From positions 29,016,001 to 29,080,000 of the forward strand of contig NC_083417.1 in the NCBI RefSeq assembly GCF_020745735.1: a DNA stretch of 64,000 nt. The letters run 5' to 3'. A program made the position numbers and the translations under genes. The stretch's first letter is position 1. Each line of letters begins with the position of its first letter. This DNA is from Hemiscyllium ocellatum (Eukaryota). The notes under the pieces are model-generated. The model saw nothing but the letters and a program-made list of their open reading frames with translations. It had not been told where the DNA came from and searched no databases. Shown piece after piece: positions 62,701 through 64,000 of this stretch.

Positions 62701-63276
62701 AAGAAAGAGTAGCTAAAGAATGGGATCTTCCAGCCTGTTTTCCTGAAGTTTAGAAACCTGTGGGAAGAATCCACTTTCCTGCTGGGCCTGACAGTGGTTT
62801 TACTTTTAAATTTGAGAAATGCTGCTTTTCTTTAGTTAAGGTTAGAGGGATAGTGGTTGATCATTCTTTCAGTATACTGCGGAAAGAAACTGGCTTGAGT
62901 GTTGTGATTTTTCTCTAAATGATGCTGACATCGTTTAAAGGAGGCCCCCCCCCCCCGATTACTTTGTTTCTGGGCAAACTGGACAGTGTAGTTTTGTATT
63001 GTAAAAGCCAGGAAGGTACCATGCTTGATTTCTAATTTGTGCCAAACTGAATTGTTTGTAAGAGGGCACCATCATTGGCCTTAGAACATGCAAGAGAAAA
63101 TTTAGCCTGATTTGCTTTTTTGATGGGGCATGCATATCAGTGACCTATGAGGGCTGAATTTGAGGAAAAGCTAACTGACATTTACAGTGTAGCCTAATCT
63201 GTTTGGCCACTTGTACCAGAGAATGACTGAGTGAATAGTGTGCACCATAACTTTGTCTTCAAAGACATGACATTTA

Positions 63277-64000
63277 GAGTCATTGAGATATATAGCATGG
63301 AAACAGACCCATTGGTCTGACTCGTCCATTTTGACCAGATATCCTAAATAAATTGATCACCTCCATTTCCCAGCATTTGGCCTATATCCCTCTAAAGCCT
63401 TCCTATTCATATCACCCAACGAGCTGCCTTTGTAAGAATTGAACTGCCGAGAAAGTGGTGAAGGATGGTACAATTGCAACATTTTAAAGGCATCTGGATG
63501 GGTATATGAATAGGAAGGGTTTACAGGGATAATGGCCAACTGCTGACAAATAGGACTAGATTAGATTAGGAAATCTGGTTGGCATGACATTGAGTCTAAA
63601 TGTTGTAATTGCACCACCCTCCACCATCTCCTCTGGAGCTCAGTGCATACATTCACCACTCTCTGTGTGAAAAAGGTGCCCTTGGATCCATTTTAAATAT
63701 TTCTCCTCTCACCTTAAACCTATGACCTTTAGTTTTAGAGTTCCTTATGCCAGGGGAAATAGCTTGTCCATACCCCTCATGATTTTATAAACCTCAATAA
63801 AGTCAGTCCTCAGCCTCTGACACTCTTGGGAAAATAGCCCCCATCTATTGAGCCTCTCCCTAAAGCCAAACCCTCCAACCCTGGCAATAGCTTTATAAAT
63901 CTTTTCTGAACCCTTTCAAGTTTCACAACATTATTCCTGTAGAAAGGAGACCAGGATTACATACAGTATTCCAGTAATGGCCTAACCAATGACCTCCCAA
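63277..64000 (-). mobile_element. CR1/HER1 LINE 3' portion containing an oppositely oriented CR1 3' segment
   Basis: Minus copy at 63277-63428 and 63597-64000; plus-orientation CR1 tail at about 63430-63590. Confidence 0.85.

Overview
Eukaryotic, AT-rich vertebrate genomic DNA, almost certainly from a shark or other elasmobranch (abundant HE1-type V-SINEs and HER1/CR1-type LINEs). Two complete spliced housekeeping genes can be built with canonical GT-AG junctions and consistent phases. COG8 is on the + strand (4 coding exons, 32981-41565, 608 aa). NOB1 is on the - strand (9 coding exons, 60841-44981, 437 aa). They lie tail-to-tail. A CpG-rich patch at about 62.45-62.70 kb is probably the promoter/first exon of the next gene (WWP2 by synteny, inferred only). 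The first 32 kb has no recognisable host exons and is a mosaic of retroelements. The most striking unannotated signal is a dense population of Penelope-like element (PLE) derivatives from at least four sequence families (informally A-D here). They carry minimal hammerhead-ribozyme motifs (CUGANGA-N-stemII-GAAA-palindrome-NUH) whose stems differ in sequence yet pair in each family. They occur as a near-complete RT+GIY-YIG copy, as TSD-flanked fold-back mini-elements with a constant ~34-40 nt unpaired tail, as ~134-bp ribozyme+tail units, as an inter-family chimera, and inside a 1.3-kb nested inverted repeat that duplicates flanking host DNA. Repeat boundaries were read by eye and are approximate.
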